Source of the DNA: Acidimicrobiia bacterium
GTDB taxonomy: Bacteria; Actinomycetota; Acidimicrobiia; IMCC26256; JAENVU01
Reading direction: 5' to 3'
DNA length: 64,000 nucleotides
Assembly: GCA_031362155.1 (NCBI GenBank)
Contig: JANLRZ010000218.1
Location: forward strand, 9,940-73,939
A program made the translations under genes and the position numbers. Position 1 is the stretch's first letter, and each line of letters begins with the position of its first letter. Below the pieces are notes generated by a model. It saw only the letters and a list, made by a program, of their open reading frames with translations, did no database searches and was not told the origin of the DNA. Positions 63,719 to 64,000 of this stretch are shown here, piece by piece.

Positions 63719-64000
63719 ATGGCTGCGTTGGATCTCACCGCGATCGACCATGTGCTCGCGACCACTCGGTCGGTGCGGAAGCGGCTCGACTTCGATCGGC
63801 CGGTCGAACCCGCGGTGATCGAGGAGTGTCTGCGGCTCGCGATCCAGGCACCGACCGGCGGGAACACCCAAGGCTGGCGCTGGATCGTCGTCACCGACGC
63901 GGCGAAGCGCCGCGCGCTCGCCGAGATGTATCGCGAGATCGCGACGCCGTACTTGAAGGCCGGGCTGGGCGAGCCGGGTTCGATGTCGGCGCAGCAGGAA
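63719..64000 (+). CDS. Nitroreductase-family protein, 3' end outside the window
   Basis: Not in the ORF track because there is no stop before the window end. My translation from ATG 63719 is MAALDLTAIDHVLATTRSVRKRLDFDRPVEPAVIEECLRLAIQAPTGGNTQGWRWIVVTD..., which has the typical TRRSVR.F / APSGGN.Q.W motifs. Confidence 0.75.
   Translation, partial: MAALDLTAIDHVLATTRSVRKRLDFDRPVEPAVIEECLRLAIQAPTGGNTQGWRWIVVTDAAKRRALAEMYREIATPYLKAGLGEPGSMSAQQE

Overview
This is a GC-rich, densely packed chromosomal segment that looks actinobacterial. The evidence is WhiB1, PdtaS, Bpa, a Kgd-type fused 2-oxoglutarate dehydrogenase, and argS-lysA-hom-thrC...rho-rpmE-prfA-prmC synteny. I can support about 57 protein genes and one tRNA-Arg(CCG). 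No rRNA, CRISPR array, transposase or integrase was recognised.

Most of the window is housekeeping or ordinary accessory metabolism:
- an S8 protease
- an ArsA/Get3-like ATPase pair
- MFS and ABC exporters
- Kgd, class II DAHP synthase and Bpa
- SDR, TetR, GNAT and ALDH genes
- the Lys/Thr biosynthesis block
- the rho/translation-termination block

The clearly accessory part is 36.3-48.7 kb. It holds a complete, translationally coupled Tad/Flp pilus operon (flp, tadE, tadG-like, cpaB, tadZ, tadA, tadB, tadC). The operon ends in an unexpected stand-alone DnaB-C/KaiC-like RecA-superfamily ATPase. It is flanked by a LuxR-type two-component system and by a tRNA-Arg whose 3' half plus flank is perfectly duplicated in tandem. 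Beyond that lies a GGDEF protein with a ParB-like N-terminal GGLGRGLAALLP peptide.

Other points worth a second look:
- an ApgM-family gene sits exactly where thrB sits in mycobacteria
- a tandem-cyclase/AAA/TPR protein has complementary degenerate catalytic halves
- 51-bp direct repeats plus an 8-mer tandem array lie upstream of that protein
- there are several perfect operator-like palindromes
- ArgS carries an acidic DG-repeat tail

All calls come from reading the ORF translations and the DNA by eye. No homology search, HMM, tRNA-scan or folding program was run. Start codons are my best choice and may be off by a few codons.
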